Positions 63,071 through 64,000 of a stretch of DNA of 64,000 nucleotides are shown one piece after another; the stretch's first letter is position 1, and each line of letters opens with the position of its first letter. A program made the position numbers and the translations under genes. Source of the stretch: Mytilus californianus (lineage: Eukaryota); NCBI RefSeq assembly GCF_021869535.1, contig NW_026262723.1, positions 3,472,001 to 3,536,000 on the forward strand, read 5' to 3'. The notes beneath the pieces were generated by a model that was not told the DNA's origin, did no database searches, and saw nothing but the letters and a program-made list of their open reading frames with translations.

Positions 63071-64000
63071 ACCGCTAGATCCTGAATTATACAAGGTTAA
63101 CCCATCTACCTCAGAAAACAAACGAGACATTCAACTACGTGAAATTATTGATAAAAGTAAAATGGAATACATTGTGTCCCATCTAGATGATTTTGAATTG
63201 GGAAGTCGATGCATTAACGGGGTTAAGTTGGAAAAGAATGCACAATTAAAATTAATGAAGGATTACTTGTCAAGGGTTAACAAGCGAGGAGAATGTGTAA
63301 TGAGATATTATCAAAGAAATAGTTTTGGTAGATACTGGACTGGTTAAAAACTATATATTCAAAACATGAGTCGGAAAATCAGATACACCTTGTGTTCAGA
63401 CATCATATATTACTTTAACATGAAAAATGCTCATCCAACTTTACTGTCATGGTTTTGTTATGAAAATGGAATCGAGTGTAAAGGATTATATGCTTATATT
63501 GAACATCGAGAAGAGTACTTAGCTATTTTAATGAAACACACAGGTAAAAAATTGAAAACAACACGTTTATTTATTTCATGCGTCCGAAGCGCTTTTTTGG
63601 ATTTACCTTCATCAGGAACGCTCAAAGCCAAACATTTGAAATCCGAGGGATGTATAAGTACCGAAACAATTGAGGAGCTATATGACATAAATACCTAAAA
63701 CAAATAGCCAAATTCATCTAAGGTCAACTGTAAAGACACTTTAGCCATCATTAACGGTAGACGAGAAGCACAATACAAGGATGATCCTGAATGGTACAAA
63801 TCTTACGGTAATGAGATTAAACACATTACTGAATCCATCATTGCTTTACGATCAGACTTACATAAATTAGCTAAACAATCTAAAGAAAAGAAAGGTAAGA
63901 AAGAATACAACATTGGAGGAACTACCGTTAATTACATTATGTGTTCATTAGAAAACAGAGTATTTATGATTGCTTTTGACTACTTAAAAAAACAGAACAT
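63070..64000 (+). pseudogene. Family-A-like TVpol polymerase/primase fragment, continuing beyond the window
   Basis: LREIIDKSKMEYI; YYQRNSFGRYW..QNMSRKIRYTLCSD; motif A-like FNMKNAHPTLL; motif B-like KDTLAIING; YNIGGTTVNYIMCSLENRV. Confidence 0.75.
63565..63725. mobile_element. Host short repeat inserted in the TVpol relic
   Basis: TTTCATGCGTCCGAAGCGCTTTTTTGGATTTACCTTCATCAGGAACGCTC interrupts the frame between KHTGK and KDTLAIING; recognised from memory as a common host repeat. Confidence 0.5.

Overview
AT-rich, intron-containing animal DNA; the SINE, MITE and Penelope repeat families suggest a bivalve such as Mytilus (inference). Host genes: (1) an intronless double-hotdog acyl-thioesterase ending in the peroxisomal signal AKL (633-1490, -); (2) an intronless 388-aa basic, disordered ORF (13500-14666, +); (3) two intact 4-exon secreted C-type lectin (CTL) paralogues (41377-46636 and 54419-57581, +), preceded by a third array unit that kept its promoter but lost the coding exons. 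Also present: a ~2 kb triplication at 22-31 kb; a complete composite KolobokP-type DNA transposon (two 469-bp direct repeats, outer TTAA TSD) in CTL-A intron 1; and many SINE, MITE, HINE and Penelope relics. The top candidate is at the right edge (~61.1-64.0 kb): a decayed Polinton/adintovirus-like element whose protein-primed PolB runs, just after exonuclease motif II, into a family-A-like TVpol polymerase. All alignments were done by eye; family names come from motif recall, not database searches.
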